A stretch of DNA of 64,000 nt. Source: Octopus sinensis. Its lineage: Eukaryota. The DNA is taken from positions 43,090,001 through 43,154,000 of the forward strand of contig NC_042997.1 of NCBI RefSeq assembly GCF_006345805.1, read 5' to 3'. The notes beneath the pieces are model-generated. The model did no database searches, had not been told where the DNA came from, and saw nothing but the letters and a program-made list of their open reading frames with translations. The translations under genes and the position numbers were made by a program. Positions 1-13,987 of this stretch are shown here, piece after piece; position 1 is the first letter of the stretch, and the number at the start of each line of letters is the position of its first letter.

Positions 1-198
1 AAAGGGTTAAGACAAATGTTTTAAACAGATCAGAGAAATGGAAAGTTTTAGTAAGACAGAAACAGTTACTAAAGAGTCACAAACATGAGAAGTTATAGCG
101 AAAATGAACATGCAAATATTGCAAGCACTTCCAAAGGTCTTCTGTGACTGAAAATTCTTATCATGGTAAAGGCCCAGCTTTTGTTCTGTGGTTTAGAT

Positions 199-443
199 CA
201 GTGGTTCTCAACTAGGGTCCATACAAGATTAAAATTTGTAGTTAAAATTTATGTGCAATAAATTGCTTTTACTTCCACAATACACAAAATATTAAAATGT
301 TTTTAAAAATACATTTCCTAATAACATTTAATTATAAAAATACAGTAGGATGTTTTTTATACACATTAAATGGCTACGGAAGACCAGTAGAGTAAAATAG
401 GAATCAAAAAGGTCCATAAGTAAAAAATGATTGAGAACCACTG
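199..443. mobile_element. hAT-like MITE (old)
   Basis: Terminal inverted repeats CAGTGGTTCTCAAC ... TTGAGAACCACTG around about 245 bp of non-coding DNA. TIRs resemble those of 24490-24813. The 8-bp TSD is not conserved. Confidence 0.5.
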
Positions 444-680
444 AATTGAAACGGAAACCGAGCCACTGCGGCATTGGCAGCGGAACAGAGCGCGACTGTC
501 TACATGTAATTCTCAAATGACATTGGGTGCGAAAGTTGAAACTGCTCCTTGTTAAATGTAGCAGCAACTAGGTAGGTAAAGCTTTAAGACAAGTAGATCA
601 GCCTAGCTAACATGATCCTAGATACTTCAAGGAAGCAGAAGTCTTCAGAGCTACACCAGAGTCTCATTGAATTATAGAAC

Positions 681-1690
681 CCATCGCTTCCATTCTTCCA
701 TGGGTTGGACAGTTTGACTGAGGGCTGGCAAGCCAGAAGGCTGCACCAGGCTCCAATCTGACCTGGCAAAGTATCTACAGTTGGATACCCTTCCTAATGC
801 CAACCACTCTGAGAATGTAGTGGATGCTTTTTACATGGCACCGGCACAAGGGCCAGTCAGGCAGTATTAGCAACAACCCTGCTCGAATGGTGTTTTTTAC
901 ATGCCACCGGCATGGAAGCCAGTCAGGCGGCACTGGCAGCAATCATGCTTGAAAGGTAATTTTTAAGTGCCACTGGCATCGACCACACATGAATGGTGCT
1001 TCTTATGTGCCACTGGCACGTGTGCCAATCAGGCAGTACTGTCATTAGCCACGACAATGACTTCACTTGACTCAACAGCAGCAGTTTATTGCCCAATGAT
1101 TGAAGGGTACTCTTAAATGGGCCAGTTATGCTGCACTGGCATAAGTCACAGTTACGGTCTCATTTGGTTTGCTGGGTCTTCTCAAGCACAGCATATCTCC
1201 AAAGGTCTCGGTCACTTATCATTGCCTCTGTGAGGCCCAATTTTTGAAGGTTGTACTTCACCACTTCATCCCAGGCTTTATTGCCCCTGAGCATCTGCCA
1301 CACACAAAAACTATCTTCCCAGTTAGCCTTCCTTTGAGGTCCATAGCTTACACTGGGTACCTCTTATGGAGTTTCTACCTACGCCTTTTCTACAGATCAA
1401 GCAGGGCCATCTACCTGAAGGAATTTGTGATTTGTCAGCCTTCCTACTTATTAAAACTCTGGTTTTTGCTAGATTGACTCTAAGGTCCATCGATTCTAGA
1501 CCATCTTTCTAGTCGCCATCTTCCCTGTTTTCCTGGCAAGGATATAATCAATTTGACTTGTGTGTCCACTAGATTGGTAGGTGAATAGGTGACTGGCAGG
1601 TTTCCCGAAGTTAGTATTACAAACCAAAAGATCATTCGCATTGCAGAACTCTTGCAGCCTGGTTCCTTCCTCCTTATCGTGAAACAAGGA
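681..1690 (-). mobile_element. Degraded, internally deleted RTE LINE
   Basis: RTE 3' UTR in reverse (681 to about 1190). ORF-end relic TWDEVVK..LGLTEAMISDRDLWRYAV, PHD relic near 1350-1420, then an endonuclease piece (EFCNANDLLVCNTNFGKPASHLFTYQSSGHTSQIDYILARK). All are homologous to the 2701-6354 element. Confidence 0.75.
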
Positions 1691-2188
1691 CGGGGGGGGG
1701 GGTCCTTATGATGGTAGATAAGTGTTCAATGGAAAATAAAGAGATAAGTAATAATAATGAGAATGTGGGATGGGTGACAAAAGGAAGTGGTGCCAAAGAG
1801 AGGGATGATTGGTGACACGAATATGAGCAGATCTCTTACACAATTACAGCTGAGTAACTAGTGCCATAGTTAGTAGAGTTATGGAGGGACGGGTGTTAGG
1901 AAATGTTGTGGAGAAGGCTTAACAAGGACAGATTGAATGCAAGGGCATATATATGCACACACATATATGAATATACATCTATATCGGTGTATACAACTGA
2001 AGTAGTGTCTAAATAAAATAGTCATTTGTATATCAAACTAAATGTATATACACCATAGAAAAGCATTTTGTCTGAGAAAAAATCTCTTCATAGACATGTT
2101 GTGTCAAAAACATAATATATATCGAAGTGAAATGATATTCTATCATTAATAAAACTGTTGTCATTAATATTGAAATAAATGAACTCAC

Positions 2189-2270
2189 CTCTTGTAACAT
2201 TCACTTTCAGTTGAACACCAAGTTCCACCTTGAAGATGGAGTATCCAGAAATTCTGTGAAGAGCCTCTAC
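2189..2270 (-). CDS. Coding exon 2 of a pectin acetylesterase/Notum-family hydrolase
   Basis: Acceptor tcttttcctag| and donor |gtgagt. The 82-nt exon, read in phase 1 from the 7674 donor, gives GRGSSQNFWILHLQGGTWCSTESECYKR, the PAE/Notum W-hydrophobic-(E/Q)GGxWC oxyanion motif. Too short for the ORF track. Confidence 0.87.
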
Positions 2271-2700
2271 CTAGGAAAAGATAGGTAAAAGAATAAGTAT
2301 TCATTGGGATAAAGAAACAAACAATAAATCAAATTGGTTTCAAATATCTTTATTGGGGTTGCTGGTGTGTAGCTCAGAGATCAGGGAATCTCTCTAGTCA
2401 TTTCTTCTCCACATTGAGGTTACCGGTCCAGTACTATGGGCATGTAATTAGAATGTCACAGGAAAGAATCGCAAAGAGGGATTCTTCAAGCTGAACCAAA
2501 TGGTAGGAGACCAAGAACAAGATGGTTCCATAATATCCATAGTGTTAGTTGGTCATGCTTAGGAATTCAGCCAGAAAGTCTAATGATGTTTGCTTCTTAT
2601 AGGGCCCTACAGAGGAGGTACCTGAGGGCTAAGAACTTCCAAGGGGAAGCAACCAGATATTATGAGTTTACTAATTTCAATATAGTACAAAGGCACCCAG

Positions 2701-5700
2701 ATGAAAAATGCCACGAAGATGATCACCACCACAACAACCCTCTTCTTTTTAGGCGCTGAATTGCTCCCCTCCTCCCCAGTTTTCAGAGTTGGCACTGTCA
2801 ATGTTGGTACATTGAAAGGTAGGTCTAGTGAGATTGTAGAGATGCTTGAGAGAAGACAGGTTGATGTATGCTGCATACAAGAGGTAAGATGGAGAGGTGC
2901 TTCAGCTAGGGTCCTTACAGGCAAGGCACTTAGGTACAAAGTCTTCTGGCAAGGTAACATGGAAGGTGTAGGGGGGTGTAGGCATTCTCCTTGCGGAGAA
3001 ATGGGTGGATAAGGTCATAGAGGTAGTCAGGGTTTGCGATAGAGTGCTTAAGCTCAGGTTGATCCTACAGAGTGGCACAGCTACGATTATCTCCGCCTAT
3101 GCCCCACAAGCGGGACTACCAAATGATCAGAAGGACCACTTTTATGATACCCTTCTACAGGCTACTTCAAAGACTAGTGGCAAGGACCTCATCTTTGTGG
3201 GTGGAGATTTTAATGGGCATGTTGGGTACACGGTGGCCATGGTATTGGCACCAGAAATGATGAAGGAACTAGACTACTGGAATTCTGTGATGCATGTAAC
3301 CTTTTAATCTGCAACACTAACTTCAAGAAGCCTGACTGCCACCTTATAAACCTATCAGTCAGGAGACTCCGCTAGCCAAATAGACTTCATCCTCACCAGA
3401 CAGCGGGATGCAGGGTCGCTTTTGAATACAAAGACACTCCTGGGTGAAGAATGTATCCCTCAGCATAGACTAATCATCAGTGACTTTAAGCTTGAGGCCA
3501 GAAGGACTCCAAGAAACAAACCAATCCAGAAAAGAAGGATTTGGAAGCTAAAAAACCCTTCACATGGTCAGAGATTTAGGGACATCCTCATCAAGAAATT
3601 TGATGAGAGGGAGGAGGAGCTTCAGACGTCGGACATAGAAGGTAGCTGGGAATTCCTACAGGACAGCTTGCTGAGTGCCACAGACCGAGTCTGTGGATGG
3701 TGCAAAGTCCCTTCCAGACCTAGAGTTACGTGGTGGTGGAATAGTGCAGTAGACAAAGCCATTAGTGCAAAGAGACGGGCCTGGAAAGCCTGGAGGGATG
3801 GGGGTAGCAGGTAGCCAAAAGGGAGGCTGGGCGGCAGGTATACATAGCCAAAGATGTAGCAGAAAAGAAGAAGTTTGCCAATGTCCTGTGACGTGAGGAC
3901 CAAAGAGATGAGGTATTTCGGATTGCCAGACAGTGTGTGAGAGAAAATAGTGATGTTACAGGAGAGAAATGTGTCCGCATGGATGATGGGGCACTTGCTT
4001 TTACTGTTGGTGAAAAGAAAGAGGCTTGGAGAACCATTATGAAAGACTGCTGAATGAGGAGAATGAATGGGAGGAGGAGAGCCTGCCAAATGTTGACCCA
4101 GTAGAGGGACCAGCTACCCGAATAGACAGCTCCCTTGTAGTTAAGGCAATTAAGGATATGAAACCAGGTAAAGCCCCCGGCCCATCAGGAATCACTGCTG
4201 AGATGCTTAAAACAGCTGGCTATGTGGGCTATGGCCTAGTCACCCGTATTGTTAACCAGGTAGTTCATAATGGAGTCATACCCAATGACTGGCGTAGCAG
4301 CACCATAGTCAACTGTTACAAGGGTAAGGGTGATGCCCTAGATAGAAATAACTACAGGGGTATTAAACTGTTGGATCAGGTGATGAAGGTCACAGAGAGG
4401 GTCATAACCCATCTCATTAGGGAGAGAATTTGCTTAGATGAGATGCAGTTCGGTTTTGTGCCGGGTAGAAGCACCACTGATGCTATATTCCTGGTCCAAC
4501 AACTGCAGGAGAAGTACCTAGCTAAAGATAAACCCCTCTACATAGCTTTTGTGGACTTGGAGAAAGCCTTTGACAGGGTTCCCCGTTCCCTTATCTGGTG
4601 GTCGATGCTGAAACTGGAGATTGATGAATGGCTAATAAGGGCTGTACAGGCTCTATACAGAGAGGTTGTCAGCAAGGTTAGGATTGGCAACGAATATAGT
4701 GAAGAATTCCGGGTAGAAGTAGGTGTGCACCAAGGCTCAGCCCTCAGTCCCCTTTTATTCATCATAGTCCTCCAGGCAATAACAGAGGAATTCAAAACAG
4801 GATGACCCTGGGAGCTCCTCTATGCTGATGACCTGGCTCTCATAGCAGAATCACTACCGGAACTAGAAAAGAAATTTCGGGTGTGGAAGCAAGGGTTAGA
4901 ATCAAAGGGCCATAGAGTAAATGTAGCAAAGACCAAAGTTATAGTATGCAGAAAGGCGAACTCAGCACACACACCCTTGGGCAGGTGGCCCTGCTCAATC
5001 TGTAGGAAAGGTGTAGGTAGAAACTCCATAAGATGCACCCAGTGTAAGCTATGGACGCATAAGAGGTGCAGCAACATCAAAGGGAAATTAACTGATAAGA
5101 TAGCTTTCATGTGCGGCAGATGCACAGGGACAATAGACACCACAAGTACTCAGAAAACAGATTCCATCACACTCCAGGGGGAAAAACTAGAAGTAGTTGA
5201 TAGTTTCCACTACCTGGGTGACCAAGTTAGTAGTGGAGGTGGATGCTCAGAGAGTATCACCACTAGAATACGAATAGCCTGGGCAAAGTTTAGAAAGCTC
5301 CTACCACTACTGGCGACAAAGGGTCTCTCACTCAGAGTGAAAGGTAGATTGTATGATGCATGTGTGCGAACTGCCATGCTTCACGGCAGTGAAACATGGG
5401 CCGTGACTGCAGAGGACATGCGTAGACTTGGAAGAAATGAAGCTAGCATGATCCGCTGGATGTGTAATGTCAGTGTGCACGCACGACAGAGTGTAAGCAC
5501 CTTGAGAGAAATGCTGGACATAAGAAGCATCAGATGTGGTGTGCAAGAGCGACGCTTGCGATGGTATGGTCATGTACTGCGGATGGATGAGGAGAGATGT
5601 GTGAAGTGCCACTCCCAAACAGTTGAAGGTATCAGGGGGAGAGGTAGACCCAGGAAGACATGGGATGAGGTAGTCAAGCATGACCTCAGAGCGTTGGGCC

Positions 5701-6354
5701 TCACTGAGGCAATGGCGAAGGACCGAGATCTCTGGAGATATGCTGTGACTGCAAAGACCCGGGCTGCTTCCTGCATCAGTTCCGCATAGCCCCTGCCCAT
5801 TCAAAGTACCCTGGATCCCAGAACGTCCCGCTGTGCTTGAGGAGACCTGTTGAGTCAAGAACATGAACATCGAAATAAATATCAATGGAAATAGTAGTTG
5901 TGATGCCTGTGCCGGTGGCACATAAAAAGCACCATCCGAACGTGGCCGTAGCCAGCGCCGACTCGACTGGCTTCTGTGCCGGTGGCACATAAAAAGCACT
6001 ATCTGAACGTGGCCGATGCCAGCGCCGCCCCGACTGGCTTCTGTGCCGGTGGCACATAAAAAGCACCATCCGAACGTTGCCAGCGCCGCCTTGGCTGGCT
6101 TCCGTGCTGCTGGCACGTTAAAAGCTCCAACCGATTGTGTACGATGCCAGACACCCCCCCCTGTCACCTGTGCAGGTGGCACGTAAAAAGCACCCACTAC
6201 ACTCGCGGAGTGGTTAGCGTTAGGAAGGGCATCCAGCTGTAGAAACTCTGCCAGATCAGACTGGAGCCTGGAGCAGCCCCTGGCTTCCCAGACCCCGGTT
6301 GAACCATCCAACCCGTGCTAGCGCGGAAAACGGACGTTAAACGATGATGATGAT
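2701..6354 (+). mobile_element. Near-full-length RTE-clade non-LTR retrotransposon (EN-RT, pseudogenised)
   Basis: AP endonuclease motifs (GTVNVGTL, CCIQEVRW, SAYAPQ, GGDFNGHVG, SQIDF, QHRL) and RT motifs (KAPGPSG, NYRGI, QFGF, FVDLEKAFD, GVHQGSALSP, YADD at 4821-4832), thumb, tandem-repeat 3' UTR and (GAT)n tail. Several frameshifts in the EN half. 4026-5789 is one frame broken by a single TGA at 4803-4805. Antisense within the hydrolase intron. Confidence 0.93.
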
Positions 6355-6921
6355 TGAAATTTAAAATAATCTGTAAACCAGGCATCTTTGTCCATTTCCC
6401 TTTTTCATTATCTGTTAATTCTAAATTAGACACCGTATTGTTTGAATAAGGATAGCAGAGTTCACTGTAACTGGAATGCAACTGGTTTGACTTAGCCAAT
6501 CCCTGCTAGAATGAAAATGAACAACAATGTAAAGGAAGGGCAGATGAACAATATAGAATTACAAAGTTTACATAATCTACCACTGAAAACTATTATTTTT
6601 ATAGTCTTTCCAACTTATTTTGTGAGAGGGTCCTGAAGGCCATTTCATTTGCCCTGCTTCAGGGCATAATACAATGGCTTTAGTAATGTTTAAAGTCATG
6701 ACTAAGGGATCAACAGTATAGCTCATAGTAATTTCACAGAAAAATTCTATTGTGACATGAGTTTTTTGATTTATAAAACTTGACACTTTTTCACTAAACA
6801 AAAGCAAAGACACAAACTAACATGACAATCAAAGCAACATTTTAAAAGCTAAAATTTGACATTTCAATTTTTTAAATAAATAACAAGGAAAACCTTTATC
6901 ATATAGTTATTTAAAAAATCA

Positions 6922-7313
6922 GTGGAGGCGCAATGGCCCAGTGGTCAGGGCAGCGGACTCGCGGTCATAGGATTGCAGTTTCGATTCCCAGACCGGGCAT
7001 TGTGAGTGTTTATTGAACGAAAACACCTAAAAAGCTCCACGAGGCTCCGGCAGGGGATGGTGGTGATCCCTGCTGTACTCTTTCACCACAACTTTCTCTC
7101 ACTCTTACTTCCTGTTTCTGTTGTACCTGTATTTCAAAGGGCCGGCCTTGTCACTCTCTGTGTCACGCTGAATATCCCCGAGAACTACGTTAAGGGTGCA
7201 CGTGTCTGTGGAGTGCTCAGCCACTTACACGTTAATTTCACGAGCAGGCTGTTCCATTGATTCGAATTCAACCGGAACCCTCGTCGTCGTAACCGACGGA
7301 GTGCTTCCATCCC
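6922..7313 (+). mobile_element. tRNA-derived SINE, family A
   Basis: A box TGGCCCAGTGG and B box GTTTCGATTCC; 13-bp TSD atttaaaaaatca (6909-6921, 7314-7326); five more near-identical copies in the window. Confidence 0.9.
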
Positions 7314-7673
7314 ATTTAAAAAATCATAAAATATTAAATTAAGAATGTTAAACGAAAAACCTTTCAATAAAAAAAATGATTCAAAATAAAATGCTTTCTG
7401 GAAAATGGTTAAATTACTGTTTTAGAATAGTCGTAAGAGAAAATGAAATGTGGATTTCCTCCAGTATTTCTTTGGCTAGAAAGAAATATCATAATATCAC
7501 AAAACATTCAAAAGACACATGTAAATGACATAAAACCATAAGACCTAGCTAATTTAAAATGTTACCATCTTCCACCTGACGCATACCAGCATGGAAAGTA
7601 GATGCCAAATGATAATGATGATGAGACAGAAATCACGAAGATAATTTTACCTGAGTAATAAGATCAAACTTAC

Positions 7674-8037
7674 CATTTCGAATATAATAGCCTGCAGGTG
7701 ATCCATCTAAGCAGAAAGCTTCTCGCTCTTTGGCAAAGTCTTCAGGAAGCACAACCAGCTCACCATCAGTATCACTCTCAGCATGGAAGCTGACAAATGT
7801 GTTTCTTAGGTTGGATACAGTCCACACTACAAGCACAATTGTCACTAAGAGGATGACACATAAAAGTTGTATGTGACATCTTCTCAGTGTAAATGTTGGC
7901 ATGAGCAGATGAGGCCGATGTAAGGAAACCTTGGCTGGGACAAACATCATACATGACTCGGGGTGGAGCTGCCGTTGCAAAGAATGGTGAAGAATTTTTC
8001 CAGAGAGAGGGGTTTTATCGACCTCTTGACAAGACAT
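7674..8037 (-). CDS. Coding exon 1 of a pectin acetylesterase/Notum-family hydrolase
   Basis: Polypyrimidine tract plus acceptor (ttttatatttgtttag|CGATG) and donor G|gtaagt at 7673. Encodes 121 aa with a hydrophobic segment IQLLCVILLVTIVLVVWTV and the family N-terminal motif AFCLDGSPAGYYIR. Confidence 0.88.
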
Positions 8038-8096
8038 CGCTAAACAAATATAAAAGAGAAAAATGTTTTGTTAGAAAACAAAAATAAAACTTGTGT

Positions 8097-8134
<38 letters not shown>

Positions 8135-8147
8135 TGGAGTATGTTAA

Positions 8148-8364
8148 CCTCTTAGTATTTAAACTGGTCATATCAGGTCCGAAATATTCTCCTTGATTTA
8201 TGTTCAAACCAGCCAGATTCAGACTCTCATGCAACCATACAGAGCTATTTTAAAAATATATAGTCACATCATTGAAATCTTGAAACGATGAGGTAATGCA
8301 CGATTAATTCAAACCAATTTCAATAAATACGTATGTTTGACAGAGTAATCTGAATGCTAAAAGG
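8148..8364. mobile_element. TTAA-flanked (piggyBac-like) MITE
   Basis: TTAA|CCTCTTAGTATT ... AATGCTAAAAGG|TTAA. About 220 bp; homologous copies at 13031 and 17630. Confidence 0.75.
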
Positions 8365-9740
8365 TTAAAGAGAAAAAAGCCATTGTTTTTTAAACATTTC
8401 CTTTTTTCTATGATAATCAACTGGCTTTATTAGGTTTTCTCAATAACAAAAGGAGAGAGAGAGAGAGAGAGAGAGAGATAAGGAAAGGGAAAATCCACAC
8501 CAAACTCGTGTTCTGAATTTGGAAAAGGTAACAAAATGTTTATATCAAGAATTAAAAAAAAAAAAAAAAACCATTCAGAACAAATGATTTTAATTCAGTC
8601 CTTTTTCCTACCTTTCTCTGTTGCTTTCTTTCATACCCAGGTATTGCTTTAATGGATACATTTCCGCTTTATAAAGTTGCCATAAAACAAATTTGGTGGT
8701 TTAAGTATTTTTACTAAATGTTCATATCTAAAAAAGAATAAAACAAAATATATTGATCAACTTTGAATCTGAGAAATATGAAGAAGGACTTGTTCATTGA
8801 TGACAACTGTTTTCTAATTCTGCAAAGAATTTTTTTAAAAAATTGCTTTCAAGGTGATATAAGGAATTGCCTGAAGAATGTAATGAGAATGAAAGAATAG
8901 TAACAATAGGAATAATTTTACAATAGAAGATTTGACTGAAATCAAAAACAGTTGGTATGTTGGCAGGAAACTGCATGACTGTTAATGCAGATTTCTACCA
9001 ACATACCAAAGCAAAAAAAGAAACTGAATGATGCTAATGATCAAAAGAATGTTTAGAATGAGCGTATATTATGCTATCAACACCAGACTTCTCTAACCTA
9101 GATAAAGCTTTATTTTGAGTTGCTGCTCTCTCAGATGGATTACCTTCCAGGTAGATTGATGAGTTGGCATCTCTAAATGCAAGTTGCAGCTTCAGTATTG
9201 CGAGACGTGATGCCTTTTTCTTTTTTTTTTTACCTAAGAAAAGATAACTCCAGGTGTTGAGATAGTGACTGGTTTCTGTCTTTTTAAGCAGATATTAATT
9301 ACTAGTGCAAAATGACAGACTGCATGAAACATAAATTAGGTGGGGGTTTTTTTTCTTCTTCTTTTTGGCTTAGTCAAAACTAAAAGAGCAATACCTATGA
9401 CTGTGCAGGGTCTCCATGACTAAATAATACTGCAGTAAGCAGCTGTACATTGCAAGATATTGAGTTATCTGTAAACTGGGGATCTTGTTTAAATCATTGC
9501 AACAGTGATAAAAGCACCCAGGGGCTAGGAGATGGTGTTAAACCAAGCAATGAAGATAGCCAAGAGATAGTGTAGAGTGTGATGACCTTCCATATAATTT
9601 CTGTTTATCCAGTTTCACATAAGGCTTCAACTAAGGTAGAGATGATACTTATCCAAGGTGGAGAGCAGTTAAATTGATTTCAGAACTGTAGCTATGAAGC
9701 AAACTTTTTAACTACATGGCCATGCTTTGTTCCATATATA

Positions 9741-11096
<1,356 letters not shown>

Positions 11097-11992
11097 TATA
11101 TGAAAGCACATAGTATATGAAATGTAAGCATTGCATGTAGCACTCTCAGCGATGAAAGGAAATGAATATTATCTGTTAAATATGCAATATCAACTTGCAT
11201 GAAAAATGGAATGTAACTTAACTGAGAGGGTGCTGGATGTTGAAAGCATCATCCAATGATTGTAGGAAAGGCAGGAGCATTGGTATAGGCAAATGTTAAC
11301 TTGTCTAACTCTGACTACAGGATCTCTTGAGAATGGAATATTGGAGACATTACCTGCATCTACAACACTGCTAACTAAAACGTGTTAATTATACAATGAT
11401 CCTGCTTCTTACATTGAACTTACTTATAACTAGTGGACAGAGCCAGTGAGAAATGTTGGTTACAACACATTACTGATGGGATATGAATTGTTGATATTTT
11501 AGCAAGTGGTCCAACACACCATCAGCTTAGTTGTGATTCTAAGCTTCTCATGTGCCAGAAAGGCATTCTGCATTTCTTAGTCTTCAATAATATAAACTAC
11601 AGAATTCTTTTTTCTTATCTGCTCTCACTTTTCAATGTTATTGTTCAATGCTGTGTTAACAAGTGTTAGATAAATTAGAAGCATTCCAATAATAGAAAAA
11701 AAGGAGGGGGGGGGAAGAAAAAGTAGATAAAAAAAAACAAAACATTAAATGATAGAAGTAAAGTGGAATCAATACTGCAAAAATAGTCCAAATAGTAGAA
11801 TAAATTTTATTGTGATAATGAAGAGAAATCAAAGGGTTTGGGTAGAACCATTTGAGAGAGAGAGAGAGAGAGAGAAAAAGAGAGAAAGAGATAGAGAAAG
11901 AGAAAGAGATAAAATCTCAACTGGTTTTGTAAGATAAATAAATCAAAACAGACTTCCCTTTTTCCTCATTATGTAAAATCTATTCCACAATT

Positions 11993-12141
11993 GTTGGCGT
12001 TAGGAAGGGCATCCAGCCGTAGAAACACTGCCAAATCTGACTGGGCCTGATGAAGCCTTCCGGCTTCACAGACCCCAGTTAAACCGTCCAACCCATGCTA
12101 GCATGGAAAACGGACGCTAAATGATGATGATGATGATGATG
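11993..12141 (+). mobile_element. Extremely 5'-truncated RTE tail
   Basis: GTTGGCGTTAGGAAGGGCATCC...CCCATGCTAGCATGGAAAACGGACGCTAAA(TGA)n, matching the end of the 2701-6354 element. Confidence 0.8.
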
Positions 12142-12455
12142 AATTTGTCAGTGCAGAAGATTTTTTCTCTCATATTCTCAACTGTTTTACTATACAATCC
12201 TTTGCCTTGTTAATGATTATTTTCCTAATTTCTTAATCCTAATCTCAAAAACGTTACCATTCTAGAGTAAGCATAAGTATAGTTGATTAACTAGGACTTT
12301 GTTATAGTTCTATAACTCAGCAGTTTAAGAATCAGTGTCTTTGAACCTAAAATGGAATGGAATGAAGAAACCATGGTGAGGCACTAAATTACTGGCTTTA
12401 GGAATGAAACTGAGTCTGATGACTAATCTGTTTGGAAATTTGATCAGGGTCAACT

Positions 12456-12790
12456 GGTGGTGGTGACCCCCTTCGGTCAGACACTGACCATGGGTTTGCA
12501 CCTAGAGATTTACCCTCTGAGGCACAAGTCTGGGCAAGGTTGTTTTATGGAAGACCATCAGTCACCTATGCATACCGGCCTCCCCTCTCCACGTCACCGA
12601 TATTATCCAAGGGAAAGGCAGATACAGCTTGGCACCTGTGACGTCGCAACTCATTTCTACAGCTGAGTGAACTGGAGCAACGTGAAATAAAGTGTCTTGC
12701 TCAAGAACACAACACGCGCCCCGGTCCGGGATTCGAGCTCACAACCTCACGATCGTAAGCTCGACGCTCTAACCACTGAGCCACATGCCT
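12456..12790 (-). mobile_element. tRNA-derived SINE, family C
   Basis: Minus-strand head GGCATGTGGCTCAGTGGTTAGAGCGTCG...GAGCTCGAATCC; 12-bp TSD tcagggtcaact (12444-12455, 12791-12802). Confidence 0.85.
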
Positions 12791-13030
12791 TCAGGGTCAA
12801 CTAAATATATAAATAGACCATAGTCCTAATGAAAAACTTTCCTAGTTTTCAGTAACAATAATCAGTGTTTCAGGTTGAATACCTATTTACATAAGAAGTG
12901 TAACTACCTGAATCACACCTGAATCCTGACACTATGTGACATCGCATAGACCCTATTATCAATAGTGTAACATTGATTGTTTAAGGAGCTTGTCCAGAGT
13001 TTTTGCAGTGTGTTTAAAAAACAGCTTTAA

Positions 13031-13251
13031 CCCTTTAGCATTTAAACCGGCCATATCCGGCCAAAAGTATTCTACCTGTTTTATGTTCAAACTGGCCAGA
13101 TCTGGTCTCTCACACCAACCCTACAATATCGTTTTAAAAATTAACAGCTACCTCATCAAAATCTCATAGCTCCAAGATAATGCCTGATTAGTTCAAGGGA
13201 ATGTTGATAAAAAAGGATTAATTTGGGCAGAATAATGCGAACACTAAAGGG
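13031..13251. mobile_element. TTAA-flanked (piggyBac-like) MITE
   Basis: TTAA|CCCTTTAGCATT ... ACACTAAAGGG|TTAA; same family as 8148-8364. Confidence 0.78.
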
Positions 13252-13463
13252 TTAAGGGCCCTCTTTAATACATGACAAAGTCTGAGGATGAGCTCCATAA
13301 ACTATCAATTAGATGTTCATTAACCACTTGATTGCCAGCCCAAACAGGACAAGGTGGTACCTCTACTTGATGCCATCTGAAAACCGAATGACTTCTCTCT
13401 TGTATGCTACTGATTCCTTAAAAGAAACCAAGTCTACCATGGTAGCTATGTTAATAGCAAGAT

Positions 13464-13837
13464 GTGTGGAAGCACTCCGTCGGTTACGACGACGAGGGTT
13501 CCGGTTGATCCGAATCAACGGAACAGCCTGCTCGTGAAATTAACGTGTAAGTGACTGAGCACTCCACAGACACATGTACCCTTAACGTAGTTCTCGGAGA
13601 TATTCAGCGTGACACAAAGAGTGACAAGGCCGGCCCTTTGAAATACAGGTACAACAGAAACAGGAAGTAAGAGTGAGAGAAAGTTGTGGTGAAAGAGCAC
13701 AGCAGGGATCACCACCATCCCCTGCCGGAGCCTCGTGGAGCTTTAGGTGTTTTCGCTCAATAAACACTCATAACGCCCGGTCTGGGAATCGAAACCGCGA
13801 GTCCGCTGCCCTAACCACTGGGCCATTGCGCCTCCAC
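13464..13837 (-). mobile_element. SINE family A
   Basis: Reverse copy of 6922-7313; 12-bp TSD taatagcaagat. Confidence 0.9.
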
Positions 13838-13987
13838 TAATAGCAAGATACTGGTTTACTTGCTTCAGTCACTGAACTCCAAACATTCTGGAACACATCC
13901 TTCAAGGGTTTTAGTTGAGCATAGAAACCTCATTACTTATTTTATCTACTTTTACAGAGTGGCAATGTTACTTTCTGAACAGTAAAT

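Noticed and set aside
100-175. Possible third hydrolase exon (ttttcag then SQKTFGSA in one frame)
   Set aside because: The acceptor does not match the required phase-2 junction and no donor or family motif follows. The next exon is probably outside the window.
5328-6311. 327-aa minus-strand ORF
   Set aside because: Antisense shadow of the RTE C-terminus and GC-rich 3' UTR; no protein motifs.
6922-6995. Possible tRNA genes at SINE heads (families A-D)
   Set aside because: A/B boxes are present but each head continues into a SINE body, mostly with TSDs; no clean acceptor stem or terminator.
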